IMG/VR virus record: IMGVR_UViG_3300018080_000110
Span: 32,001-96,000 of that record
Length of the DNA: 64,000 bases
DNA from: a virus
Strand: one strand, 5' to 3'
The notes beneath the pieces are model-generated. The model was not told the DNA's origin and made no database searches. It saw only the letters and a program-made list of their open reading frames with translations. Numbering within the stretch: the stretch's first letter is position 1; every line of letters begins with the position of its first letter. A program made the translations under genes and the position numbers. Of the stretch, positions 1 to 9,048 are shown in pieces.

Positions 1-15
1 CTTGTACGGAGAACT

Positions 16-837
16 GTGATGGGTTCGTTGATCTACGTAGAAGGTATCATAGGAGTCGGGAAGAGCACGTACTGCAAAGAGATCGCCGAAAGGATGAACT
101 ACCGGGTTATTGAGGAGCCAGTCAAGTCGAATCCCTACCTAGCCAGATTCTACGAAGATCCAAAAAAGTACGCTTACGAGATGCAGATCTATCTCCTGCA
201 TCGGAGGATCGGTCTGCAACAGTTAGCAGCGGCAGAGTCTCTTTACAGCCCGGACTTTGCTGGTGCCATGCTCGATCGTTCCTTGTTTGGCGATCGAGTA
301 TTCGAGGAGCTGCATCATGAAGACGGCAACATCTCCGACATCCAGCACCATGCCTACCTCACAGCTATCCGCAACATGCAGTTGATGATCTTTCCCCCGA
401 CCATATTGATCTTTTTAGATGCCGAGCCGGAGGTGGCGTTGAACAGGATCAAGGAGAGGGCACGGGGTTGCGAGGTTGGGATAGGGATAGATTACTTGGA
501 ACGTCTGACGCAGAGGTACCATCGCCTCATCCAGGACGCCAAAGACGGCAGGTACCCGTGGTCTCACGCTGTAAAGATTTTGCACAAGTCGTGGAACCAC
601 AACACCATGACTTCTTCTCAATGGGATGCTGAGGCTGCTAGTCTGAAGAGGTTCCAGGAGGAAGTGGATGGAAACGTCAGCAAAGAATGGCAAAAAGACC
701 TCTTCGAGATGGGCATCAACAGCCAAATACCTCACAGTCCTTCTACCGTTGCTCACGGCCCTAGTAACGGCGATAGTAGCGTTGGTCGAGTTGAGGCAGA
801 AGACCTCGGAGGAGATGTCCAAAGCCGTACACGCTGA
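16..837 (+). CDS. Deoxynucleoside kinase (dNK family)
   Basis: P-loop IYVEGIIGVGKST, EEPV, LARFYEDPKKYA, DRSLFGD, lid RIKERAR..E. The last ~55 aa overlap the next ORF. Confidence 0.9.
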   Translation: MMGSLIYVEGIIGVGKSTYCKEIAERMNYRVIEEPVKSNPYLARFYEDPKKYAYEMQIYLLHRRIGLQQLAAAESLYSPDFAGAMLDRSLFGDRVFEELHHEDGNISDIQHHAYLTAIRNMQLMIFPPTILIFLDAEPEVALNRIKERARGCEVGIGIDYLERLTQRYHRLIQDAKDGRYPWSHAVKILHKSWNHNTMTSSQWDAEAASLKRFQEEVDGNVSKEWQKDLFEMGINSQIPHSPSTVAHGPSNGDSSVGRVEAEDLGGDVQSRTR

Positions 838-1192
838 GGTGGTATCCAAACTGGAAGCCATCGACAGAGATCTAGAGGTTTTGGAGAAACGTTACCGCAG
901 GCAAGTTCTCAAGCTGCGGCAAGAGGTCAAGTTCGGGATCGCACAATCTCAAGCTCAAGCTGACTCAGTGAAAGCTCTCTTCACCGGGTATGCACTAGCT
1001 GCTCGGAGCAACAAGGTCGGATCTAAGACCGTAGAGACGATCAAGAAAGTAGTCAAAGAGGCCCAAGAGGTAAAGAAGAGAGAAGTCAAAGCATCTGGAG
1101 CTCCCAAGCCGCCCAGAGTACAGCGCGTGTTCAAGCGCCCTCGCTCGTGGACAGACATCAAGAAAGCCATCCAGCAGCGATCTGATCGCTGA
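668..1192 (+). CDS. Membrane-anchored coiled-coil protein (possible lysis/spanin-like)
   Basis: One N-terminal hydrophobic helix (YLTVLLPLLTALVTAIVALV) followed by coiled-coil-like sequence. Confidence 0.55.
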   Translation: METSAKNGKKTSSRWASTAKYLTVLLPLLTALVTAIVALVELRQKTSEEMSKAVHAEVVSKLEAIDRDLEVLEKRYRRQVLKLRQEVKFGIAQSQAQADSVKALFTGYALAARSNKVGSKTVETIKKVVKEAQEVKKREVKASGAPKPPRVQRVFKRPRSWTDIKKAIQQRSDR

Positions 1193-1218
1193 AAAACGAC
1201 TCCAGCAATCGCTATAAG
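1192..1218 (+). promoter_or_regulatory. Putative phage-specific promoter, copy 1
   Basis: AAAAA-N16-TATAAG; the same arrangement recurs before five other plus-strand units. Confidence 0.55.
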
Positions 1219-1222
1219 ATCT

Positions 1223-1510
1223 ATGGACCCCTACGTGGGGAGGCGTTTCCTTAGCCAAGGAGGGATTGTGATCTACGCGTTTGTATCGATGTGGTTGTCG
1301 TGCGCTCTGTTCGTTCTAGTCATTAACGGGCGCACCATGGTAAGGGAGGTGGCTCGGGAGGTGAGAGACCAAGGTTACGAAGATGTGTTCACCGCCACGA
1401 TCTATGTGGTGACGCACTCTGTTGCCTTGGTGTCGGTGCTCACAATGTTCGCGCCCGTGGCAGCGGCAGCCATCTTGGCCCGGGGGAGAGGGGCCAAGAT
1501 GGATGAGTAG
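1223..1510 (+). CDS. Small two-TM membrane protein
   Basis: Two hydrophobic stretches; GGAGGG RBS before GTG 1268 suggests a later start. Confidence 0.5.
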   Translation: MDPYVGRRFLSQGGIVIYAFVSMWLSCALFVLVINGRTMVREVAREVRDQGYEDVFTATIYVVTHSVALVSVLTMFAPVAAAAILARGRGAKMDE

Positions 1511-1511
1511 T

Positions 1512-1537
1512 GAGAGAGGGAATTCCCTCTCTCTTAG
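1512..1537. terminator. Hairpin terminator between convergent genes
   Basis: Perfect inverted repeat GAGAGAGGGAATTCCCTCTCTC. Confidence 0.65.
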
Positions 1538-1539
1538 TA

Positions 1540-2055
1540 TCAGTACAGCTTCTTTGGTAGGTAGTCGACTGGCGACTTCGTAGATGTGACGGCGGACTTC
1601 TTCGAAGAGATCCCATCCTTGGTCGTAGGCTTAGAGGTTGGCGTATGCTTGGCTGAGAATCCGCTGACGAGCTTTGCATCCTCTGGCTTCGCAAATAGAT
1701 CTGTGAGGAACTTACGCAGAGAGTCCCAGGCTTCGTTGGCTTTTGACATCAAATCGTCAAGGTTGGGGTCTTTCTTTGCTTGTTCCGCGATAGCGACACC
1801 GTTGAGGGCCAGCTGGAGTCCATTAGCCACGGCGGTCTTGACCTTCACGTAGGTCTGCTGCACCTTCTTTGCCTTGTCGGCATCGGTCTGGCCCAGGAGC
1901 CACTGGTTGAAGATACCATCTGAGAGGGCAAGAGCAGTACTGGCTTGGTTGATGATCGTACGTGCGGTAAGATAGGGGTCAACTTTCCCGGTCTGAGGGT
2001 TTGGGCATCCGACCACGAACAAGATCGCAGCCAAGAGGATTGTGAAGCGTTTCAC
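1540..2055 (-). CDS. Lipoprotein, unknown function
   Basis: Signal peptide II with lipobox: MKRFTILLAAILFVVG-C. Confidence 0.75.
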   Translation of the reverse strand: MKRFTILLAAILFVVGCPNPQTGKVDPYLTARTIINQASTALALSDGIFNQWLLGQTDADKAKKVQQTYVKVKTAVANGLQLALNGVAIAEQAKKDPNLDDLMSKANEAWDSLRKFLTDLFAKPEDAKLVSGFSAKHTPTSKPTTKDGISSKKSAVTSTKSPVDYLPKKLY

Positions 2056-2267
2056 TGGTCATCTCCTTGATCGTCAGAAGCACTGTCCACAACAACATCA
2101 TCTTTCACATCGACGCCGACGTCCGAAGTTGTCTCTTCTGCCGCGTCCACAACGGCTTCCTGGGAAGCGTCATAGATCGTCACATCGGACCCGGTGTCTT
2201 TGTCTTCGGTGTCATCGCTGCAAGCAGCGAAGCACAAGGCAGCTAGCAACACGATAAGCCATTTCAT
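2052..2267 (-). CDS. Small acidic lipoprotein
   Basis: MKWLIVLLAALCFAA-C then Asp-rich tail; AAGGAG RBS before ATG 2267. Confidence 0.7.
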   Translation of the reverse strand: MKWLIVLLAALCFAACSDDTEDKDTGSDVTIYDASQEAVVDAAEETTSDVGVDVKDDVVVDSASDDQGDDQ

Positions 2268-2303
2268 TCTCAGTCTCCTTTTTCTATCCAACGCAACGAA
2301 TCG

Positions 2304-2654
2304 TTGCATTTACCAAGGACGGAAAGTACCATGCCTCTCATGCTTCGATCAAGCGTGGCCATACTACCCACTTTGCAGTGCTTTCCGATCGACCATGGTA
2401 GTCTTCCTTCCGTGAGAAGGTTCTACTTGCAGAGGGACGAAGACCCATCTGGCGTGTCCGGTATAGGGCGCGTTGCTGAAGGGGTGTTGTTCTCTTCTGG
2501 ATGGGTGGCTCTGCAATTTGACCCTGGGTTGAAGAACATCGAGACAGTGTACTCATACCGGAGCATGTCTGACATGCTCACGCTTCACGGCCACGGAGGG
2601 AAGACCAAGGTCGTGTGGGTCGATGATGAAAGCACGGTCTCTGCCACGGTATGA
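2304..2654 (+). CDS. Conserved phage hypothetical protein
   Basis: RRFYLQRDEDPSGVSGIGRVAEGVLFS...HGHGGKT resembles a small phage protein family; true start probably downstream. Confidence 0.6.
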   Translation: MHLPRTESTMPLMLRSSVAILPTLQCFPIDHGSLPSVRRFYLQRDEDPSGVSGIGRVAEGVLFSSGWVALQFDPGLKNIETVYSYRSMSDMLTLHGHGGKTKVVWVDDESTVSATV

Positions 2655-2737
2655 GATCTAGCACAATCTGCGTGTCAAGAAGGCTCCCCGTCTCCTTTCC
2701 AATTGGGCGGGGCCTTCTTTTTTAGTATGATCACAAT

Positions 2738-2944
2738 ATGCCTAAAGGCGGATACCTGTACTACAGTGAGGTCGTGAGCTTTAAGGTCTCCCCGGAACAG
2801 AGATCTTGGCTCGAGAACAAGGCGATCGAACAAACACGGATGCTGGGTAAAGAAGTGACTCAGACCATGGTCCTTCGAGCGATGATCCAGAAACATATGG
2901 ATCGAGACGAAGAGAAGAAGAAGGTTTGGGATGAAGAGGTTTAA
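2738..2944 (+). CDS. Small DNA-binding protein (ribbon-helix-helix-like)
   Basis: Beta strand VVSFKVS, helix, then TQTMVLRAMI helix; preceded by TTGGGC-N17-TATGAT (2703-2731). Confidence 0.5.
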   Translation: MPKGGYLYYSEVVSFKVSPEQRSWLENKAIEQTRMLGKEVTQTMVLRAMIQKHMDRDEEKKKVWDEEV

Positions 2945-3434
2945 GTACCCGGCCCCTTTCGACCCTCCGGACCCAGGACCTATCTCTCCAGTAGGAGCTC
3001 CAATAGCACCCGGTCCTCCACTGCCGATTGATATTCCCGGAGTAGATCTGAAGAAGCGGCAGCCTCCTTCTTTGTATCGTGATTTGTTCGGTGACGATCT
3101 TTCTGTAGTAGCAGAAGCACTGGACTCCAGTTGGGTAGACGCAGATCAACAGAAGTTGGTCCAGGACCTTTTGAACGGAAAGAAGTCCATAGTAGATCTA
3201 GACTCAGTAGATCGAGAACTATTGGGAGATCTTGCTCATCGCTATGTGGAGGATCGACATGCGCCTGTGCGACAAACTATCAGTGAAGGACTGCCTCTAC
3301 TTGATAGAGTGGGAGACAGAAGGGAAGAAAGTCAGAGAGTGCAGCCTGAAGAGAGACCTATTGTGTCGCCTGGGGATCCTTCGGACCTCGCAGGAGCCTA
3401 CGGATGGCTCCGTGATGAAGAAGGCAGTGAATAG
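2931..3434 (+). CDS. Hypothetical protein, Pro-rich N-terminus
   Basis: 167-aa ORF coupled to the previous gene. Confidence 0.55.
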   Translation: MKRFKYPAPFDPPDPGPISPVGAPIAPGPPLPIDIPGVDLKKRQPPSLYRDLFGDDLSVVAEALDSSWVDADQQKLVQDLLNGKKSIVDLDSVDRELLGDLAHRYVEDRHAPVRQTISEGLPLLDRVGDRREESQRVQPEERPIVSPGDPSDLAGAYGWLRDEEGSE

Positions 3435-3440
3435 CTGACG

Positions 3441-3483
3441 GACAAACAAAACCCCGAGTCAGGGGGCCGGACCTGCTCGGGGT
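3441..3483 (-). terminator. Rho-independent terminator ending the structural operon
   Basis: Minus strand ACCCCGAG-CAGG...CCTG-A-CTCGGGGT followed by TTTGTTTGT; a second stem (TGCTTCT/AGAAGCA) spans 3489-3546. Confidence 0.65.
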
Positions 3484-3553
3484 CTCTGTGCTTCTGAACC
3501 GATTTGACCCGGCTAAGCCGGAGCGGAGGTAACCAGGTTAGAAGCAATGGGTA

Positions 3554-4387
3554 TCAGAACTGTGCTTGTCCTTCTGGCGTGTACCCATAGAGGTACTGTT
3601 GCTGGCCCATGTTGTACGCCATGGGAGTTGAGGAAGCCCGGCTAGCCCAACGTGTGGCAGCTGGGACCCCCTTGTAGAGGCCATACCCTGCACTGAGCAT
3701 CAGAGCTCCTGGAACGAGAGGCTTCAGCAGAGAGCGGATGGGCTTTACGCCCCCTGTCGGAGGTTTACTGGGGGCATTCCTACTTTTTACATCGACAATT
3801 CTCGAGCTGCGGGGATTTGGGCCGGCGGTGACTTTGGGCTTCCTTCTCAGGAGCCCTTTGGTGGGGACGTCTTTCTGTAAGAATTTCCCTACTCTACCCA
3901 CTGTGCCGCTACCTCTGGCCATTCTACCGGCCAGAGCTCTCCCAGCTCGGAAGACGAAGGCCCTCTTCTCGCGCTCTGAGAGGCCCTGTGCTGGGCCGCA
4001 GATTCTGGCGGCCGATTGCTTGTCGAGGTCCTCGTGGAGCCCCAGGCTGGCAGCGTCGGCTGCGACAGGCACCGAAATAGGGGAGCGACCGACTGAAGCT
4101 GGCTCTGTCTGCTCCACTGGGCCTGGTTGTGTCCCTGGTGACACACTTGTGTCCTTGGACTCGAGGGCTTCTTGCAGGGCCAAGCGCGGGCCGATTTTGG
4201 AAGCGATGGTGCTGCGGAGGGAGTTGGCTATCTCCCCTTCGGCTTTTTTGGCGAAGCCGGCAAAGGTTCGTCGAAGGATTGCTTCAGAAGCGTCCATATG
4301 GGCTTGGGCTTTGCCCATCTTGATGACGCTGCCGACAGACAAGGGTTCAACCGGCCCTCCGCGAGCCGGAACCAATTGACCCTTCAT
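3554..4387 (-). CDS. Putative virion internal protein with K-x-A/S motifs and hydrophobic Gly-rich C-terminus
   Basis: DKQSA and EKRAF motifs precede a basic Gly-rich segment and LVPGALMLSAGYGLY. Confidence 0.55.
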   Translation of the reverse strand: MKGQLVPARGGPVEPLSVGSVIKMGKAQAHMDASEAILRRTFAGFAKKAEGEIANSLRSTIASKIGPRLALQEALESKDTSVSPGTQPGPVEQTEPASVGRSPISVPVAADAASLGLHEDLDKQSAARICGPAQGLSEREKRAFVFRAGRALAGRMARGSGTVGRVGKFLQKDVPTKGLLRRKPKVTAGPNPRSSRIVDVKSRNAPSKPPTGGVKPIRSLLKPLVPGALMLSAGYGLYKGVPAATRWASRASSTPMAYNMGQQQYLYGYTPEGQAQF

Positions 4388-4395
4388 GACCCCTC

Positions 4396-5097
4396 CTACG
4401 AGCTAAGGCCAGTGACCAAGCTCAGAGCGCTAACGGCGACCGGGACGGCACGCTCGAACTGCACCGAGGCACTTTCCTGGATCATAACGCCTTGGGCGTC
4501 AGTAGCCCAGGTATGATTCGGGATGTAGCAGCTCTCGATGTAGACAGCGCCGATGGTGTCCTCGTTGCTATCACGGATGTAGAGCAGCAGGCCGATCGGC
4601 TGGTTGAAAAGGTCCGAAGCGAGGTTGAGATAGAGGTTCTCGTACCCCGGTGGGATCTTGACGTCGTGCGGGTTGGCGACAGTAGCCGAGCCGGTGTTGG
4701 AGAACACGGAGTTGACGGTAGTTGGAGGGATCAGATCTTCGTAGTAGGCGTAGAGCATCCGCAAGAGGCTCGGGCCATGGTACAAGATCCTCGCGAGGGT
4801 AAGCTGTCCCATCGTCCTACCGGAGATGAAGTAGCTCCGCTCCGAACCCACCTCGAAGATCCTGTTGAACTGTCTGTTGTGGCTGAGGTTGATATTCTGG
4901 ATCACCCCGATGGGGAGAACGATATCGTTAGCACCTTCTCCAGCCAAGGCAGCGGCAGTGGCAGTGGTGCCGCCCACGTTTGCGAGGCGGGGAGGGCCCG
5001 CTGCCACAACCGTGAAGCCGGCCGAGACGAACTGGCCGTCCACCATGCCTCCCTGCACGTAGTTGGAGTAGGGGGCCCATTCTGAAAACTTCGCCAT
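4396..5097 (-). CDS. Tail tube protein (putative)
   Basis: Directly downstream of the sheath; IGVIQNINLSHNRQFNRIFEVGS..YFISG, ESCYIPNH and ESASVQFE are tube-like beta motifs. Confidence 0.75.
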   Translation of the reverse strand: MAKFSEWAPYSNYVQGGMVDGQFVSAGFTVVAAGPPRLANVGGTTATAAALAGEGANDIVLPIGVIQNINLSHNRQFNRIFEVGSERSYFISGRTMGQLTLARILYHGPSLLRMLYAYYEDLIPPTTVNSVFSNTGSATVANPHDVKIPPGYENLYLNLASDLFNQPIGLLLYIRDSNEDTIGAVYIESCYIPNHTWATDAQGVMIQESASVQFERAVPVAVSALSLVTGLSS

Positions 5098-5145
5098 CGT
5101 AAACTCCTGTTTTAGAGCTAAAGAGAGGCAGAGCCCCTCAGAGGA

Positions 5146-5331
5146 CTACAGCCGCCTCGCAAGACGACGTAGTCGGTCCTTGAACTCCGCTCCTCTGCTC
5201 ATTCCTTTGTTTATCAACTGCTCCAAGCTGGACAGATGGTACTCCACATCGTCGATCCGTTCGTGCCCATGCCCGTGGTCCGCGCGACTGCGTCGGAGCT
5301 GCAGGTTCTCGATCCTGTTGTCGTCCCACAC
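5146..5331 (-). pseudogene. Truncated HNH homing endonuclease remnant
   Basis: Starts WDDNRIENLQL...DH, the C-terminal half of an HNH motif, without the upstream His-containing half. Confidence 0.55.
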
Positions 5332-5334
5332 TAT

Positions 5335-8300
5335 CTAAACTACGAGCGTCAAGCGAATGTAATTGCACGGATACGGCACGTCCAAAACCACGTCAGCCAG
5401 AACAGTATCCGGGTTATCCGTATCCTGCACGATGTTGCTCAGGTCTCCGCCGATCAACACTCCGGTCTCGGTGAGGAAGGACAGCTGTCCCTGGATCACC
5501 GTGCTCAAGGTATCGAGGAATCCTTGCGTGATGTTGAACTTCCCGATGAAGTTCCGTAGACCGGCCCGCATGAACTTTGCGGTGTAGTCAACCACCCTGG
5601 TGATCGAGAGTTCGCGCTTCTCGATCGAAGAGGTGTCGGACGTGAGCTGATGCCGAGAGGTCAGAGGACCGTTAGCAACCTCCTGGACGATCCAGTACAC
5701 ACCGCCAGCAGCACCAACGTTCATCTGCGTGTCGCTGAAAGAATCGTTAGATCCAACAGCCCTGGCGTACCCGGTCATCGGGAAGTTGGTGAAGCCTTGC
5801 TGAGGAGGCTGCTGACCAATCATGCCTGCGATGCCGGCGTTCAGGTAGTAGCCCTCGACGAGCTGCTCTAGCCCGTCGATAGACACCGCGCACTGACTGG
5901 GGGCGGTCATCGTCACGCGTCGGTCCCCGTACGACGTCGCTAGATCTGCGTAGGTCTCAGCGATGGCGGCGTAGTCGGGGTCGCCGTTCGAGTCCTCCAA
6001 CTCAGCGCCCCTCACATAGATCGCGAAGCTCTCCGACACGAGAGGAGTGGGGAGGTTGGTGATGCTGTAGTAGCTATCATCGTTTTCGCCAGGAGCGAAA
6101 GTGACCCTGACAGTCACAGTAGATCCACTCACTCCGGAGACGCTATAGCGCTTGGAGTCTGTGGCGATGTCCAAGAAAACACCGTCACTCACCGGGATGG
6201 TGCCCGTGGGATCTACGCCGGCAGCAAGGAGGAGAGCAGCGAGGTTTGACACCTTGGTCTCGAGCTCGTTGGTGACTCCTGTCGTGTCAGCGTCGGTCCC
6301 GCTGGCGATCAACGTGTCGAGCTCTCTCGAAGGCATCTCTGGATTGATGAGTGCGATCCGCTCGCCCTTCGCATCCGGCTCAGACATAGCGTTGACATGA
6401 GTTTGGAACGCCTGGTGAACCACAGCTTCCTGGGTTAGAGGAGCCAAGGAGTAGACCTCTTCGCTCTCGAGGAACCCCAGGGCCTTGCTATACGCAGTCA
6501 GCGTACCGTCGGGGGAGTCGGCGCTCACGGCGTCTACTCCCAGCCCGCTGACAGTGACCGTCGGGGCGTTTAGCAAAGCTAGGAAGAGGCCCAGGCCAAG
6601 TGGATTGTCAGTATCCAGGGGAGCGAGAGCCGTGTCCAGCTCGTCGGTGTCCTCGAAAGTGAGGAGAGCCGCGCTATCCGCAGAGGAAGTGACATCTAGC
6701 CGGAGGGCCTTGTATGCGATCACAATCGAGTCCTGAGCGACGGTGACCGGGTCTCCTCTTGTATCTCTCAACACGTCATGCTTGATCTGGATGTCCCCCG
6801 TCAACTGGACCACGAGGTCCGGAGTGGGGCGATCGGACGGCAGAGTCGAGGGGATATCCTTGGCGATGATGTACCAATCCTTCTTCAGCGTGGCTGAATA
6901 AGTCAGCTCGCGATCGAGACGGAGGTCGGTCTGGACGGCTCCAGGGGAGACCTGCTGGATCGTCCCGAGGAATTCCCCGTCCGCATACAGGTCATCACCA
7001 GCTTGGGGCTTAAAAGCGCGACCGTACTCCACATCCCCGCTGGTCAGTCCGAGAATCGTGTTAGCAGTGCCGCTGCCGATTTCGATCTTGGACTCCTTGC
7101 CTACCTCTGCGGAGTCGAGCTGCAGCTTGTTGGATACGATGTCAGAAGCTCCATCGCCAAGGACGGCGTCGATGGCGGTCTCGACATCCGAGGAGGTGAG
7201 CCACTGCTTGATGTCGCTGGTGCCGGTGAAACCGATGTCGGACCAAGCGTTACCGGTGGAGGCCGAGTAGTCCATGACGATCTCTCCGCCAGCATCAGTA
7301 GATCCACCGACCTGGAAGGAGATGTACGTTCCGGCGACATCGGCAACACCAGATCCGTCAGATCTATAGCACACTACCTGGCTGGCAGCGACGTTGATCG
7401 CATTGATCGCGGCATCGATGTCAGTAGGGTTAGCAAAAGTCACCACTACGGGGGTGCCGTTGACGATCATACCGAGGGCGTCGGTGCCGGGGTCTGCGTA
7501 GGGGTTAGTCGGGACAATGGGCCCGCCATTGAATTCGATCTCCTGCATCGGCTCGCCATCAATAGCCACCTGCAGCGTCTTTCGATGGAGCTCGAGGTTT
7601 CCTGAGATATCTGCGGTCCCAGTCATCTGAGCCGCCGAGGGATCTAGGGTGAAGTTGGCATTCTGGATACGGACGAGTGGGCTCTTAGTGTCCCCGTCGC
7701 CGTCATCCACGCCCTCGAGCGCATACTGCTCTTCGTCAGCCGAAGCACTGAATCCAAGGATCGTATTCCCGGTCCCGTCCTTGTCGACGTTGATGTAACC
7801 GGCGTAGGACTGCATCTTCAGAGTGTCTGCGACAGTCCCCTCCGAAGCATACGGGAACCCGGTGGCCGCGCTCAAAGCAGTATTGATCACGTACGCCACT
7901 GAGCTGTACATGTTCCCGCTGTTGGTGAACCCGACGTCTGTGTAGGCATTCCCTGTCGCGCCTGGCTGAACGTTCACGTAGTCGCCAGTAGCGGTAGCCC
8001 CGCCGACCTGGAAAGCAATGAAGGTACCGGCGCCATCCGCTGTCCCATCAGCCAGCGCACGATACGCGACATCTTCGCCAGCATAGACACCGGCCCAAGC
8101 TGCATTGATCGCGGTGATTGCCGCATCGATGTCCACGGGGCTTGCGAACGTCACGGTAACGGCCGTGTCAGAGTTCTTTTGGATCTTGATCGCATCCGTA
8201 CCGGGGTCTGCGTAGGCACCGGCTGGAACAACAAGAGTCCCATCCAGGTCGAAGAACTCGCCCCCGAAGGTAACGGTCTGCTGCGACCCGCCCTTCTCGA

Positions 8301-9048
8301 GGGTGACCAGCATGGTCTTGTTGTACAGCGCTGTCGTCGGAAAACTCATCGCCGAGCCCACCACGTAAGCGTCGTACCCGTTGTCCAAGAAAGTCTCGTC
8401 CCGCTCTAGCTCGCGGAGGGTAGATCCCGTGTTGACGAACACGCGGATAGAACTCTCGTCAACGTCGATCTCGTCGATGTTGTCTCTCGGGTCGGGGAAG
8501 TTGGACTGAGAGATGTCCCTCTTGTCCTGGGTGTAGGAGCTGAACCCAGTGACCTCGAAGTTATCCGCGAAGCCGAGAACGCTGTTCGCATCCCCGTCCA
8601 AGATCTTCAAGGACTGTCCATCTCCGGAGTTATCTCCGCGGAGCTGGAGGTACACGCTCGAACCAGAGGTGACAGCATACGGAGCCCAGCCACTGACACC
8701 GGAGGTAGCCAAGATCTGACTGCGTACCTGATCCACACTGAGATCTGCCGCAGTTGGATCTGAGAAGGTGACCTCTTGCGCCGGCCCACCGTTCACACTG
8801 ACCTTGAGGACCTTCCCGTCCAGTCCCGAGTAATCCTCGGACTCTGTGGAAGTGATCATCGGGGGAACCGACACCACGGCATCGGTGTTAAGCACCGAGT
8901 TTCCAGTAGAGTCAGTTTCCAAAGCCTCGACCACCTGGAAGCAGGGGCCGACGATGCAAGGCACCAAGGTAGGCGTCACGATCGTCGGAGAGACCGTCCG
9001 AAACTGCTGGATGATTGCGATTCCGGGCTTCGGAAGTTCGGTAGCCAT
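5335..9048 (-). CDS. Tail sheath protein with large inserted domains (1237 aa)
   Basis: N-terminal PKPGIAIIQQF..VPCIVG; C-terminal RHQLT..EKRELSITRVVDY..FIGKFNIT..VPYPCNYIRLTLVV. Confidence 0.85.
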   Translation of the reverse strand: MATELPKPGIAIIQQFRTVSPTIVTPTLVPCIVGPCFQVVEALETDSTGNSVLNTDAVVSVPPMITSTESEDYSGLDGKVLKVSVNGGPAQEVTFSDPTAADLSVDQVRSQILATSGVSGWAPYAVTSGSSVYLQLRGDNSGDGQSLKILDGDANSVLGFADNFEVTGFSSYTQDKRDISQSNFPDPRDNIDEIDVDESSIRVFVNTGSTLRELERDETFLDNGYDAYVVGSAMSFPTTALYNKTMLVTLEKGGSQQTVTFGGEFFDLDGTLVVPAGAYADPGTDAIKIQKNSDTAVTVTFASPVDIDAAITAINAAWAGVYAGEDVAYRALADGTADGAGTFIAFQVGGATATGDYVNVQPGATGNAYTDVGFTNSGNMYSSVAYVINTALSAATGFPYASEGTVADTLKMQSYAGYINVDKDGTGNTILGFSASADEEQYALEGVDDGDGDTKSPLVRIQNANFTLDPSAAQMTGTADISGNLELHRKTLQVAIDGEPMQEIEFNGGPIVPTNPYADPGTDALGMIVNGTPVVVTFANPTDIDAAINAINVAASQVVCYRSDGSGVADVAGTYISFQVGGSTDAGGEIVMDYSASTGNAWSDIGFTGTSDIKQWLTSSDVETAIDAVLGDGASDIVSNKLQLDSAEVGKESKIEIGSGTANTILGLTSGDVEYGRAFKPQAGDDLYADGEFLGTIQQVSPGAVQTDLRLDRELTYSATLKKDWYIIAKDIPSTLPSDRPTPDLVVQLTGDIQIKHDVLRDTRGDPVTVAQDSIVIAYKALRLDVTSSADSAALLTFEDTDELDTALAPLDTDNPLGLGLFLALLNAPTVTVSGLGVDAVSADSPDGTLTAYSKALGFLESEEVYSLAPLTQEAVVHQAFQTHVNAMSEPDAKGERIALINPEMPSRELDTLIASGTDADTTGVTNELETKVSNLAALLLAAGVDPTGTIPVSDGVFLDIATDSKRYSVSGVSGSTVTVRVTFAPGENDDSYYSITNLPTPLVSESFAIYVRGAELEDSNGDPDYAAIAETYADLATSYGDRRVTMTAPSQCAVSIDGLEQLVEGYYLNAGIAGMIGQQPPQQGFTNFPMTGYARAVGSNDSFSDTQMNVGAAGGVYWIVQEVANGPLTSRHQLTSDTSSIEKRELSITRVVDYTAKFMRAGLRNFIGKFNITQGFLDTLSTVIQGQLSFLTETGVLIGGDLSNIVQDTDNPDTVLADVVLDVPYPCNYIRLTLVV

